Virus record (IMG/VR): IMGVR_UViG_3300025398_000011
Length of the DNA stretch: 64,000 nucleotides
Direction: 5' to 3' (one strand)
From: an uncultured virus (IMG/VR IMGVR_UViG_3300025398_000011)
Taxonomy: Duplodnaviria > Heunggongvirae > Uroviricota > Caudoviricetes
Shown: positions 52,240-62,595 of the stretch, piece by piece
Numbering within the stretch: the stretch's first letter is position 1
Layout: each line of letters starts with the position of its first letter
Made by a program: the position numbers and the translations under genes
The notes under the pieces: generated by a model
What the model was told of the DNA's origin: nothing
Databases searched by the model: none
What the model saw: the letters and a program-made list of their open reading frames with translations, nothing else

Positions 52240-54058
52240 TTACGTGCCGTCTATTGACTACACCTCCAGGGATTACGCATCTATTTTAACGGATATGACC
52301 AGTCTTATCCCAAATATTGCCCCTTACTGGACTAATAGGGACCCAGCAGACTTCGGCATCGCTCTTCTAGAATTGTTTGCATATATGGGCGATATCATTA
52401 ATTATTACATTGACGTGTCGGCAAACGAAGCGCTAATAAATACAGCTAGTCAGCGATCTACCGTCCTTCAGCTTGCCCAACTTATCGGTTATACGCCTAC
52501 TAATGCTACGGCCTCTACGGTAACAGTTAAATTTACCAACTCTAACACGTCCTCAGTTAATTCTGTAGGCGTTGTTAACGGGGTAGTAACTGTACCGGCG
52601 CTAACTCAAATAGCAACCTCTGCGGTAGCAAACTCAACAACATCTCAAATTATTTTTGAAACTAATAGCCCAATCACTCTTCAACCTGGAACAACAGCCA
52701 CAGTATCGGCTACTCAGGGCTACACAATATCTAATGAGCAGGTAACAACATCCTCAACAGGACAGGCGTACCAAACATATGCTTTGTCCACCCCGTCAGT
52801 AATTAACATCTCAAGCGTGACTATTAATGGCGTTGCTTATCAGCAAGTAAGCTACCTAATTGACTATGCGGGTGATGCTGCCGTTTACGCGGTAACAACT
52901 GACGCTAATAATATTACTTACATTCAATTTGGAGATAATATCTCTGGACGCATACCTCCTACAGGGTCTCCGATCTATGTAACTTACCGTGTTGGCGGAG
53001 GCTCTATTGGAAATGTGGCCTCTAACACAATTAAATACATTACCTACTGGCCTACTCTTTCTCAAATTCCTGTGGGGGTTAGCGTAATCAATGATTCAAC
53101 TGCAGCTACCGGAGGAGCAGATGCCGAATCAACTGATTCTATTCGTATCAACGCGCCCTTGAGTATTCGCTCAGTTAATCGAGCAGTTTCCCTTACTGAT
53201 TACGCTAATTTAGCTATTCAAGTTAATGGCGTAGCAAAAGCAATTGCAAATGCAAACGTGTATTCCGCAGTTACATTATACGTGTGTCCATCGGGAGATC
53301 CGGGGGTTCTTGCCGATAACTACACTCCAAGCACACCCTTTAACAATGTGACCTCAAATATAAACCTTTACTTGACTGACAAGGCTCCAGCTAATACCAC
53401 AGTTGTTTATCAGCCGCCTACGTATGTGGGAGCGTATATAATGGTAAGCCTCACTGTAAACCCACAATACACTCAATCCTCTGTTGTGGCTAACGTTACT
53501 GCCGCTATCAATAGCTTATTTAATATTGATAATGTGGTCTTTAACGACACTATTGCAGTATCAGATGTATACAACGCTATTGCGGCTGTTGAAGGAATTA
53601 GTACTCAGTCGATCCAAATGCTGGTTCGGGCAGACTCTGTACAAGCCTATCAAGTAACAAATGTTGCGTTAACCTCTAACGTAGCAACACTTACCGTAGG
53701 CTCGCATAACTTAACTGTTGGCCAAACTGTTATTGTTAATGGTGTTTCAGGCACAGGGTTAACTATCTTCAACGGAACTTATGTGGTTACGGCAGTAGCC
53801 GCTACAACCTTCTCGTACGCTCTTATTGCAACAAACGTGTCGTCTACTCCCGTTACAGGACCTATTGCTGCGGCACTTACCGTAGGTAATATTGTGTGCG
53901 GAGTAAACGAGCTACCAACTATAAGTGAACTAAGCGCTGCCGGAGCACCTCTTCTAACATCTACTAGCTTATATACCTTCCTTACCAATATCCAAAGTAA
54001 TACCTCTAAAGGTACGGGAACGGTATTTATTAATGCTAGCGGAGGAATTAATAACTAA
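52229..54058 (+). CDS. Baseplate J/gp6-like wedge protein
   Basis: IDYTSRDY, DFG..LLELFAY.GD, FGD...GR.P, GG.D.ES, RAV...DY; likely GTG start at 52229. Confidence 0.92.
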   Translation: MSTNYVPSIDYTSRDYASILTDMTSLIPNIAPYWTNRDPADFGIALLELFAYMGDIINYYIDVSANEALINTASQRSTVLQLAQLIGYTPTNATASTVTVKFTNSNTSSVNSVGVVNGVVTVPALTQIATSAVANSTTSQIIFETNSPITLQPGTTATVSATQGYTISNEQVTTSSTGQAYQTYALSTPSVINISSVTINGVAYQQVSYLIDYAGDAAVYAVTTDANNITYIQFGDNISGRIPPTGSPIYVTYRVGGGSIGNVASNTIKYITYWPTLSQIPVGVSVINDSTAATGGADAESTDSIRINAPLSIRSVNRAVSLTDYANLAIQVNGVAKAIANANVYSAVTLYVCPSGDPGVLADNYTPSTPFNNVTSNINLYLTDKAPANTTVVYQPPTYVGAYIMVSLTVNPQYTQSSVVANVTAAINSLFNIDNVVFNDTIAVSDVYNAIAAVEGISTQSIQMLVRADSVQAYQVTNVALTSNVATLTVGSHNLTVGQTVIVNGVSGTGLTIFNGTYVVTAVAATTFSYALIATNVSSTPVTGPIAAALTVGNIVCGVNELPTISELSAAGAPLLTSTSLYTFLTNIQSNTSKGTGTVFINASGGINN

Positions 54059-54060
54059 CT

Positions 54061-57000
54061 ATGTCTCGCTACGGATTTGATTACTATGCTGAGTCGTACT
54101 ATGGCGCTAATAACCCTTTAAAGTTAAGCGCTCTTCCCTTCACAGCTACACCGGGAGCAGTTATTCCTATTGGTTCCTCTAGTAGCTACAGCAACTATGG
54201 AACAATAACCCTCAACTGGTCTAATCCTAATGGTCTTTGGTCAAACCTGGTCCTTGTAAGAAACGCATACGGGTTCCCAATTAATCCATATGACGGCGTT
54301 CAAATCTACACAGCGTATAACGATGGACATAGCAACTCCCAGTTCATTGATACAAGTCTTCTTCAAGGCGCGTTTTATTATTATTCTATTTTTCTTTTTA
54401 ATACTGTCCAATATACATGGACTAACGCGGGCACTGTTATCGGCTTGTCGGTAAAAGACTTTAATAACTCCTCAAAGATGTACTCCTACCTCCCAGAGAT
54501 TTACAAAATTACTGCTCCGTATACACCAACAACAGACTGGGATAACCCACTACTTAAGCAGTTCTTAAACAACTTTGCGTTCCAACTTGACTGGGATCAG
54601 ACGCTTACTCAGTCTTTAGTAAACCGCTACAACGTGACTACAGTTAGTGGTCAACTTGTACCATCTATGCTTAACCAATTTGGTCAGACCTATGAAGCGG
54701 CAATTGGACTACAACAAAACAGAATTCTTTTGCGTGATAGTGTCGTCTTAACCAAACAACGAGGATCTAAGCAAGGTCTTATTGGTTACTTAGAGGATTT
54801 TACAGGTTGGGCAATACCCAACCCTAATCCTGAAGGAACGTTCTCTTTGGGATCTAATGGGCAGTATTTTTATACCCCTGCTACAACCACAGCTGCCCCT
54901 AATCCCTCTTTAGTTGGGTTAACCACTGGAGTTAACCTTATGTTGGATTATAACGACTCCTCTTTTGAAGAGGGCTTTGGTAGTTGGGGCTCTATTGATG
55001 GGACTGCGGACTACGATCAGCTGGATACTTTTAACATTGCTAGCGTGTCTCTTACATCTAATGTGGTCACACTTAACTTACAGAATACAAACGTTGTTTA
55101 TACTGTAACAAGCGCTTCAATTACAAATAACGTAGCGACAATAACAACGTCGTTCAACCACAATATATTTGCAGGAGTAGACGTAACTGTATCTGGAGTG
55201 GGCTCATACTACAATGGACAACAGACTGTAACCTCAGTAACAGCAAATACTATTTCTTTTTTGGTATCAACAGCCAACGTCGCTCTCACTTCTGTGACAG
55301 GATCTGTAGTGCAGTTTGCTCACGTTTACGATGTAGGAAACTCGATTATAGTTTCCGGTCTTCCGTACCCCATTTTAAATAGCGGCACCACGCCGGTACA
55401 GGTAACAGCTATTACAGCTACTAGCTTAAGTTTTGTGCTTACCGCGTCAAATATTCCTTTAAGTACTGGGTACAACTCTTCTACCAATTCTTACGGAACA
55501 GTTGGCCCGTACCCTTCGCCAGCGGTATTCGATGTGTATGGGACTCTTAATGGGACCTATTCAACCTTGTGGCCCAATAAAAGCTCTGGCATATTTGCTT
55601 TATATAATACTTCTGCAAGTCAACAAACAATCAGTGCGTACTGTGGGGACTCAGCGCCAGTAACTAAAGGGATACCTGTTACTGCTAACAGCTATTACAC
55701 CTGGAGCTTTTACTCTGCAAAAGGGTACGCAGGAACAGCTAGAAACATAACCCCAATTATTAAGTGGTTTACCCGTACCGGAGCGTACATTAGCTCTTCT
55801 TCAGGAACTGCTGTGTCAGACAATACAGTTACTTTTTCAAGTAGCTACCGCCCGTATGTAACTGAAAAAGCTCCGGCAAACGCGTACTATGCTTGCCCGG
55901 GACTTTCTGTAACCAACGCCGGTGGTAGCGCAAGTAATGAACACCACTTTATTGACGCATGTCAATTTGAACTGAGCTCTTTAGGGGCAACCCCAAGTGT
56001 ATTTGACGAGGCAAGAAACCTACATATTACGTTTAAAGCAACCCGCATTAATGAACTGCTTAATCCTCATTTTGCCTTTACATCTAACTGGTACCCAACT
56101 AACGCAGCAACCGCACTTGTATCTTCTGCTACTCCGTCGCTCTCACTATTGCCGGAGCCCTCTCAGACTAGCTATTTAATTACTAATACCTCCATATCAT
56201 CTGGCGTAGTAACTGTTACATTAAGTGAACCACACACCCTTCAAGTTGGAGGAACTGTATATATTGCTTCTGTATCTGGTACAGGAGTTACGTCCGCTAA
56301 CTATCTTGGCTATAGAACTATTACAGGCGTGGTTCTTCCTTCAAATGGAACAACATATACAGGCTTTACATTCTCCGTATCTAGCAGTATTAACCAGGCT
56401 TCCGTGGTATCTGCTGGATCTGCATATAACGCAGGACACCAATTGCAAGTCACTGCTTCGGGAACATCTGCGGCGCTATCGTCTTGGGACGGGTCTACTA
56501 CTTCGCAACAGACTCCGATCTACTACCCAAATAACTCTTACACATGGAGTATCTACGCCCAAGCAATGACAGCCGCAGAGTCTATACAAGCGTCCATTAC
56601 TTGGTACGACACATCTCATACTATTATAAGTACTGCTACTGGAACCCCTGTCTCTGCGCCGGTTGGGTCTTGGGTTCAACCATATGTAACGGCAACTGCG
56701 CCCTCTAATGCAGCATACGCAACAGTAAAGGTTGCATGGACAACAACATCAGATAACAAAGTTTACTTTGACATGGCTCTTTTTGAGAAGTCGGGCGTAC
56801 TACAAACTTACTTTGACGGCTCTGGGGGGCCCGGATTTAACACCGACTTTAGCTGGGAGGGTGGCAACCTAAACGCTGGCCGCAGCCACTTCTATAAAAA
56901 CTTCTATAACACCAGGGCGCGTCTAGTTCAAGGGGTGGTTCATGGGGCTTTATTGTCTGGACAGACGGCCGCTGTCTACTTTGCACAACCCCAGACTTGA
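54061..57000 (+). CDS. Baseplate gpI/gp7-like protein with carbohydrate-binding-like modules
   Basis: YLPEIY, RGS..GL......TG; NL...DSSFE and AP.NA.YA repeats; YFDG. Confidence 0.75.
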   Translation: MSRYGFDYYAESYYGANNPLKLSALPFTATPGAVIPIGSSSSYSNYGTITLNWSNPNGLWSNLVLVRNAYGFPINPYDGVQIYTAYNDGHSNSQFIDTSLLQGAFYYYSIFLFNTVQYTWTNAGTVIGLSVKDFNNSSKMYSYLPEIYKITAPYTPTTDWDNPLLKQFLNNFAFQLDWDQTLTQSLVNRYNVTTVSGQLVPSMLNQFGQTYEAAIGLQQNRILLRDSVVLTKQRGSKQGLIGYLEDFTGWAIPNPNPEGTFSLGSNGQYFYTPATTTAAPNPSLVGLTTGVNLMLDYNDSSFEEGFGSWGSIDGTADYDQLDTFNIASVSLTSNVVTLNLQNTNVVYTVTSASITNNVATITTSFNHNIFAGVDVTVSGVGSYYNGQQTVTSVTANTISFLVSTANVALTSVTGSVVQFAHVYDVGNSIIVSGLPYPILNSGTTPVQVTAITATSLSFVLTASNIPLSTGYNSSTNSYGTVGPYPSPAVFDVYGTLNGTYSTLWPNKSSGIFALYNTSASQQTISAYCGDSAPVTKGIPVTANSYYTWSFYSAKGYAGTARNITPIIKWFTRTGAYISSSSGTAVSDNTVTFSSSYRPYVTEKAPANAYYACPGLSVTNAGGSASNEHHFIDACQFELSSLGATPSVFDEARNLHITFKATRINELLNPHFAFTSNWYPTNAATALVSSATPSLSLLPEPSQTSYLITNTSISSGVVTVTLSEPHTLQVGGTVYIASVSGTGVTSANYLGYRTITGVVLPSNGTTYTGFTFSVSSSINQASVVSAGSAYNAGHQLQVTASGTSAALSSWDGSTTSQQTPIYYPNNSYTWSIYAQAMTAAESIQASITWYDTSHTIISTATGTPVSAPVGSWVQPYVTATAPSNAAYATVKVAWTTTSDNKVYFDMALFEKSGVLQTYFDGSGGPGFNTDFSWEGGNLNAGRSHFYKNFYNTRARLVQGVVHGALLSGQTAAVYFAQPQT

Positions 57001-57036
57001 TGTGCTAGCGTAGGCGCCCTCAGTTAGGGGGTCCCT

Positions 57037-57693
57037 ATGGACAAGTACTACTTAGTGATCGCGGGAACTGGAGAGACCAGCCGCGCAAATGTAGAAGCAC
57101 TCATTGAAGATTATATTTATGGCCACGGACAAGACGTTACCTTTGTTCTTCCGTATGAGAAGCGCCCAAGTCAAGGACAGATCTTTGCCGCGCAGTTAGC
57201 CAAGGACAAGAGCAAAGACATACTGCTCTTCTGTAAAGAAGACGCCAACTACGAAGGCATCCCTTCATCTTCAGTAAGCCACTCAGACCGACCACTGGAT
57301 ACGGCCTGCGCCAAATTAAAAGACACCAACATCGTGGCCTTTGTTCTAGTAGACGATGAAGACCCAAGCATCAACGAGACCCTCAGCGTGTTCTCTGAGT
57401 ACAAGGTGCCCACCTTTGATCTGACCGAGGGCTTGATGCCGATCAAGTTCAACCCAGGAGCGGTCGAGGTAAAGACTGAAGTAGCCATCCCTGAGGCGGA
57501 AGAGATGTCCGAGCCAGAGGAAGAGGCTGAGGATGACCTCGATGACTTTGAGGATCTAGATGACCTTGAGGACGAGGAGCTAGCCGAGGACTTTTACCTT
57601 GGAGTTCAGGCTTTAGCTAAAATGATCGCTCGGGAGGTTGCGGCCGAGCTTTTAAAGGCCACAGAAACGCCCAAGAAGGGGTCTAGGAAGTGA
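57037..57693 (+). CDS. Rossmann/SLOG-like protein with acidic tail
   Basis: N-terminal LVIAGTG; D/E-rich C-terminus. Confidence 0.5.
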   Translation: MDKYYLVIAGTGETSRANVEALIEDYIYGHGQDVTFVLPYEKRPSQGQIFAAQLAKDKSKDILLFCKEDANYEGIPSSSVSHSDRPLDTACAKLKDTNIVAFVLVDDEDPSINETLSVFSEYKVPTFDLTEGLMPIKFNPGAVEVKTEVAIPEAEEMSEPEEEAEDDLDDFEDLDDLEDEELAEDFYLGVQALAKMIAREVAAELLKATETPKKGSRK

Positions 57694-58520
57694 TATCAGC
57701 CCGCGCCCTAGGGGTCTACCTGTATTTACAGACTACAGAGGCCACAATAAGCGCTGAGAGCCTTTCTAAAGTTTTTTCCGAGGGTCGGGAAGCCATAGGC
57801 ACGGCCTTGGCTGAACTCAAGGGGTACAACATGATCTCCTCCACCAAGGAGCGGATTGGCAACAGGATCATCACGGTCAACCGACTTGTGGCACCGGATC
57901 TCTGGGCCCCAGAAACCCGTCGTCTGATACTGCAGAATAAGCTGTATAGCAATTTAATACTAAATAATAATACATTTATAAGTAACAAAATAGGGTTTGG
58001 CGAAGCCAAACGGGGAGAAGAAGCGATGAATGATGAATGGCACTCATTAGGTCAAATAGATCAAGACCCCGAGGAGATGGCCGAACTCAAGCGCCGTGAG
58101 AAGGAACGCCGTGACCGCGAGTACCGCGAGACTCGCAATGCCAAGGCTGAGAAGCGGATGGCTTCCCATATCAACCGCGCCCCAGAAGACTGGTCAATAG
58201 ATAACGCTGTCTTTGAGTTTGCCAGCCGCATGGTTCGGTGGGACATAACTCCGTGGGAAGGTTCACGCTCAGTCTTTAAGACGGCATACGCAAAGGCGCG
58301 CAGAGAGTACGGAACCAATGGCGTTATAGAAGCCAAGATGATGGAGATCTTCTTCGGTCAACTTGACCATGAGAAGAAGGTTAAGGACTCTGATATGGTC
58401 TGGCGATTATTCTTGAAGAACTTCGGCAGTCTGCACATTGCTGCTCAACAGAGCACAAGCGCTCCTGAAGAAGTAACCAAGGCTAAAGACGTATCTAAGC
58501 AACAGTTGGAGAGGTTTTAA
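57690..58520 (+). CDS. HTH replication initiator-like protein
   Basis: ARALGVY.YL...EGREAI..AL.EL; directly upstream of the DnaC-like loader. Confidence 0.75.
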   Translation: MISARALGVYLYLQTTEATISAESLSKVFSEGREAIGTALAELKGYNMISSTKERIGNRIITVNRLVAPDLWAPETRRLILQNKLYSNLILNNNTFISNKIGFGEAKRGEEAMNDEWHSLGQIDQDPEEMAELKRREKERRDREYRETRNAKAEKRMASHINRAPEDWSIDNAVFEFASRMVRWDITPWEGSRSVFKTAYAKARREYGTNGVIEAKMMEIFFGQLDHEKKVKDSDMVWRLFLKNFGSLHIAAQQSTSAPEEVTKAKDVSKQQLERF

Positions 58521-59203
58521 TGTTTAAGTTAGACGACTTAAAGATACGGCGCAAGGCTTGGGTCAAAGCCGCAAACATAAATCCAAACCGACTTGGCTGG
58601 TTGCTAGATGATTGCACTGTTATTCATTCAGATGATCGTAAGAAGATTGACGTCTGGATGGATGCGCTAGAGCGCGGAGAAGTTGTCCGCTCTGCTGGGA
58701 ACTCTAGATGCGGTAAAGGTTTACTGCTTTGGGGTGAGCCCGGTCACGGTAAAACTACTTTGGCTCTATCCATTATCCAAGAGATCATGACACGTTTCCC
58801 TATCGAAGCCTTTGATGTTAAAGAGGGTCGTGTACTTATTCGTCCTTGCTACTTCATTACTTTCAACGACATACTTAACCTTAAAGGTCAGTTAATGGAT
58901 GAAGCAGATGACGAAACTCAAATTTTATATCAAGGTATCTTGGGTGACTGCCCAAACGATTCATACAACATACGTGTACTGATCATTGATGATCTTGGTA
59001 AAGAGCACGCTTCTTTATCTGGTTGGCAGAAAAGTATGTTGCATCATGTGTTGCGCACACGATTCAACAATGGATTGCCTACTATTGTTACCACGAACAT
59101 TTCGTTAGACAACTGGGGCTATGTATACGGGGATGCTACGGAGAGTTTTGCTCACGAGTCATTCTTGTACTTACCCATTGAGACTTCGGATCTAAGAAAG
59201 TGA
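58520..59203 (+). CDS. DnaC/IstB-like helicase loader ATPase
   Basis: GEPGHGKT, LIIDDLGKE, R...LPTIVTTN. Confidence 0.92.
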   Translation: MFKLDDLKIRRKAWVKAANINPNRLGWLLDDCTVIHSDDRKKIDVWMDALERGEVVRSAGNSRCGKGLLLWGEPGHGKTTLALSIIQEIMTRFPIEAFDVKEGRVLIRPCYFITFNDILNLKGQLMDEADDETQILYQGILGDCPNDSYNIRVLIIDDLGKEHASLSGWQKSMLHHVLRTRFNNGLPTIVTTNISLDNWGYVYGDATESFAHESFLYLPIETSDLRK

Positions 59204-59505
59204 GCCGTGCAATGACTACCAAGCTTATCCAGGTGTTTCTGAGTCAGACTCAGACCCCTGGGCCAGGTATCTATGAGGTATCAGGCGATGAGACTGGGAC
59301 GCTTTATTGCACTTGCCCGGGCTTTAAAGGCCGTAGTACCTGCAAGCACTCACGCTTTGTTAAGTCTCGCATTGATAGCAACAACGGCACCTACCCACTT
59401 GAGATCTCAAGCCGCGCCACTGAAGAGGACGCCGCTAAAGCCAAGAAGTCAAGCAAAGACTTCAGAGAGTTTGTTATCAAGTACGGAAGGATTGAGGTCT
59501 ACTAA
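59200..59505 (+). CDS. SWIM zinc-finger protein
   Basis: CTCPGF....CKH. Confidence 0.85.
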   Translation: MSRAMTTKLIQVFLSQTQTPGPGIYEVSGDETGTLYCTCPGFKGRSTCKHSRFVKSRIDSNNGTYPLEISSRATEEDAAKAKKSSKDFREFVIKYGRIEVY

Positions 59506-59913
59506 ATGCGGAACGGGGACATCAGCAATGAGCTCCCCAAGCGAATACTCGTTACAACAGACGCGTTTTCAATTGTGGAATCAAGCATCACTAAACGGTT
59601 TAAAGTAATACCAAAGGTAAATAAAGAGCTGAAGATACGTAAAGATATCCTCAGCCGCTTCTACCTGTTCACCTCTCGTCAAGGGGTTACTCTTGAACTA
59701 ATCTCTTATGCAATTGACGATGCTGGTCTTGAAGAACTAATGCTTACGCTAGATGCCATGGGTACTAATCCATTTCGTTACTCAAGAGCGTATGAGTCTA
59801 TTGATGAGGTTGTAAAAGACTTACCTTATAGACCAGAAGTTATTGGTGTTATTGATCTGCCAAAAAATCTGCTACGTTACGGGCACTGGGGAATGGACTT
59901 TAACTATCTATGA
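59506..59913 (+). CDS. Hypothetical replication-module protein
   Basis: MRNGDISN; LPYRPE motif. Confidence 0.7.
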   Translation: MRNGDISNELPKRILVTTDAFSIVESSITKRFKVIPKVNKELKIRKDILSRFYLFTSRQGVTLELISYAIDDAGLEELMLTLDAMGTNPFRYSRAYESIDEVVKDLPYRPEVIGVIDLPKNLLRYGHWGMDFNYL

Positions 59914-61142
59914 ATAACGAATCGTACCTACTAAGCAAGGTCATTACTGATAAGCGCATTGGCTATGTATTAGAGCGCGGTATTAGCGATGAGTGGTTCT
60001 CAGACACTACAGATAAGAACATCTATAAGTTCTTACAACACCATTACACGGAGTATCAAGAGGCTCCCAGCCTAGAAGTTATTCAAGCCAACTTCCGTAA
60101 CTATGAGCCAATTGAAGTAGAAGATTCTATTGACTACTTCATTGACAAGTTAGTAGAAGGCCGCCGTAAGTCTTTAATCATTAACACCATGATTGACGCT
60201 AGTCAGGCGCTTGAGTCTAAGAAGCCCGAGTCTCACGAAGATGCCCTCATTAAGTTGCAACAAGGCTTTGCTCTTCTAGAGCAGACTGGCCTAGGTTCTA
60301 CAACTGATCTTGAGATTAGACATGCTGCTAAGTCAGCTATGGAAGAGTACGTGAACCGTAAGAACAGCCCTGGATTGTTAGGGTTACCCACAGGATTTCC
60401 TACTATGGACGCCTCTACTTCAGGACTACAACCAGGCCAACTAGTAGTTATCGTTGCGCCGCCTAAGACAGGTAAGTCAACGCTTGCCCTACAGATTGCT
60501 ATTAACTGTCACCTCAATGGTCACAAGCCTATGTTCATGTCCTTTGAGATGAGCAACAACGAACAGAAGACTCGTTACTACGCTATGCGCGCTCGCATCT
60601 CCCACAGGCGCCTTATGACAGGAACACTTACTCTTGAAGAAGAGCAGCGCTATGAGCGTATTGTTAACAGCATCCAGACTATGAATGATGACTTCTGGTT
60701 TACAGACTCCTCTAGCGGTCTGACCGTTAGCGCAGTAACTAGCAAGATCCAAGGTAAGAACCCTGACATTGTTTTTATTGATGGTACATACCTTATGTTT
60801 GATGAGGTGACTGGTGAGTCCAATACTCCACAGGCTATTACTCAGATTACTCGTAACCTCAAACGCCTTGCTATGAAGATTAACAAGCCTATTGTTATAT
60901 CTACTCAAGCGCTCTCATGGAAGATGAAGAAGGGTCAGGTTAGCGCCGACTCTATTGGCTACTCATCTTCCTTCCATCAAGACGCTGACGTTATCTTTGG
61001 TCTTCAGCGTGAAGACGAGAACGTAGATGACACTCGTCTGCTTCGTGTTATTGCTAGCCGTAATTCAGGTCTTAGTGAGGTATCCCTTATGTGGGACTGG
61101 AACACTGGCGCCTTTAGAGAGATGGACAATAACGACCTATGA
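59910..61142 (+). CDS. dnaB: Replicative helicase, DnaB-like
   Basis: PTGF, APPKTGKS, SFEM, VFIDG, QDAD. Confidence 0.95.
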   Translation: MNNESYLLSKVITDKRIGYVLERGISDEWFSDTTDKNIYKFLQHHYTEYQEAPSLEVIQANFRNYEPIEVEDSIDYFIDKLVEGRRKSLIINTMIDASQALESKKPESHEDALIKLQQGFALLEQTGLGSTTDLEIRHAAKSAMEEYVNRKNSPGLLGLPTGFPTMDASTSGLQPGQLVVIVAPPKTGKSTLALQIAINCHLNGHKPMFMSFEMSNNEQKTRYYAMRARISHRRLMTGTLTLEEEQRYERIVNSIQTMNDDFWFTDSSSGLTVSAVTSKIQGKNPDIVFIDGTYLMFDEVTGESNTPQAITQITRNLKRLAMKINKPIVISTQALSWKMKKGQVSADSIGYSSSFHQDADVIFGLQREDENVDDTRLLRVIASRNSGLSEVSLMWDWNTGAFREMDNNDL

Positions 61143-62065
61143 CCGTTGAAGAGATGGAAGAGACACTTGCTGATCTTGGAATCAAGGTCATTGGCACACG
61201 AGGTTGGGAAGTTCAGGGAGAGTGCCCAGCCCACGAGGAGCGAACAGGTCACCCTGATCGCAATCCTTCTTGGTATATCAATGCTGACTCTGGCGCGCAC
61301 ATCTGTTTTTCTTGCGGATTTAAGGGCAACCTATACTCACTGGTTGCTTACGTTCGTGGGGTGCCACTAGACCAAGCAACCGACTGGGCAAATACCAACC
61401 TCAACTTGGTAGCGCGTCTTATGCGCTTAACTGAACCAGAGAAGAAACAAGAAGAAGAGACAATAAGAGTTACTGAGTCAATGCTTGGAGCTTTTGTAAA
61501 CGTACCTGATGAGGCTTTGGTTGCTCGAGGCCTTACACGTGAGGCAGCTAACCTGTATGGAATTAGATGGGATCGCCACCGCGGTAACTGGATCATTCCT
61601 GTACGCCACGTTTACGGCACACTACTAGGCTGGCAAGAGAAAGGGTTTAGTACCCGTTACTTTAACAACCACCCAAAGGGTATGAAAAAGGGCAAAGCAC
61701 TCTTTGGTTATCAACAGTATAAATCGGGTGACATGATTGTTGTTGAGTCCCCATTAGACGTTGTACGCTTGGCTTCAATAGGCATTACTGGTGGTGTTGC
61801 GACCTTTGGCTGCGCCATTACCATTGAACAGCTAAGCGCTATACGAGGAGCAGACCGGATTATCTTTGCTTTAGATAACGATGAGGCTGGAAGAGTGGCT
61901 TCTAGAGACATGATCACTCGTTGCAGAGAACTAAAGGCTGAGGCGTGGTTCTTTAACTATAAGGACATTGATGTAAAAGACGTGGGGGCTATGAGCCGCT
62001 CAGAAGTGGTACTAGGATTACAGAACGCACAGCACATGATTCGTGGAGAGAGGGCTATTGCATGA
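61139..62065 (+). CDS. dnaG: DNA primase (zinc finger + TOPRIM)
   Basis: CPAH...CFSCG; VVES..D; LDNDEAG. Confidence 0.92.
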   Translation: MTVEEMEETLADLGIKVIGTRGWEVQGECPAHEERTGHPDRNPSWYINADSGAHICFSCGFKGNLYSLVAYVRGVPLDQATDWANTNLNLVARLMRLTEPEKKQEEETIRVTESMLGAFVNVPDEALVARGLTREAANLYGIRWDRHRGNWIIPVRHVYGTLLGWQEKGFSTRYFNNHPKGMKKGKALFGYQQYKSGDMIVVESPLDVVRLASIGITGGVATFGCAITIEQLSAIRGADRIIFALDNDEAGRVASRDMITRCRELKAEAWFFNYKDIDVKDVGAMSRSEVVLGLQNAQHMIRGERAIA

Positions 62066-62595
62066 TCATTGGTCTTACAGGATTTGCTAGAAGTGGTAAG
62101 GACTCAGTGGCTAAAGTTCTTGTTGAACATTATGGTTTTACACGCGTAGCCTTTGCAGACAAGATAAGAGACCTACTGGTTGAGATGGATCCTATTCTTG
62201 AGAATGGTCATCACTTAAGTTCTATGCTTGAAGACTATGGCTGGGAGCTTACTAAAGCAAAGCCTGAGGTTAGAAGGTTATTACAATCGCTGGGCGTAGG
62301 CGCTCGTAAGATCTTTGGCGACAACCACTGGATTGTAGAAGCCACAAAGAATTTAGATAGAACCGCTAACTATGTTATTACTGACGTGAGGTTTATAAAT
62401 GAAGCCACGTGGGTGAAGGATGTGTTTGGTGGACAGATCTGGCGGGTAGAACGTCCAGGTGTGAGCGCTATTAACAACCACGTCTCTGAGTCTGAAATGT
62501 CGACATTTGAAGTAGATCAGACTTTTATTAATGAAGGCTCTCTTGAAGACCTTGAAGCGATGATTAAAGCTCGTATGGTAGGTTTGCTTGTATGA
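62062..62595 (+). CDS. Deoxynucleoside monophosphate kinase
   Basis: GLTGFARSGKD, FAD, R.LLQ.LG, ITDVRF.NE, H.SE. Confidence 0.92.
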   Translation: MIIGLTGFARSGKDSVAKVLVEHYGFTRVAFADKIRDLLVEMDPILENGHHLSSMLEDYGWELTKAKPEVRRLLQSLGVGARKIFGDNHWIVEATKNLDRTANYVITDVRFINEATWVKDVFGGQIWRVERPGVSAINNHVSESEMSTFEVDQTFINEGSLEDLEAMIKARMVGLLV

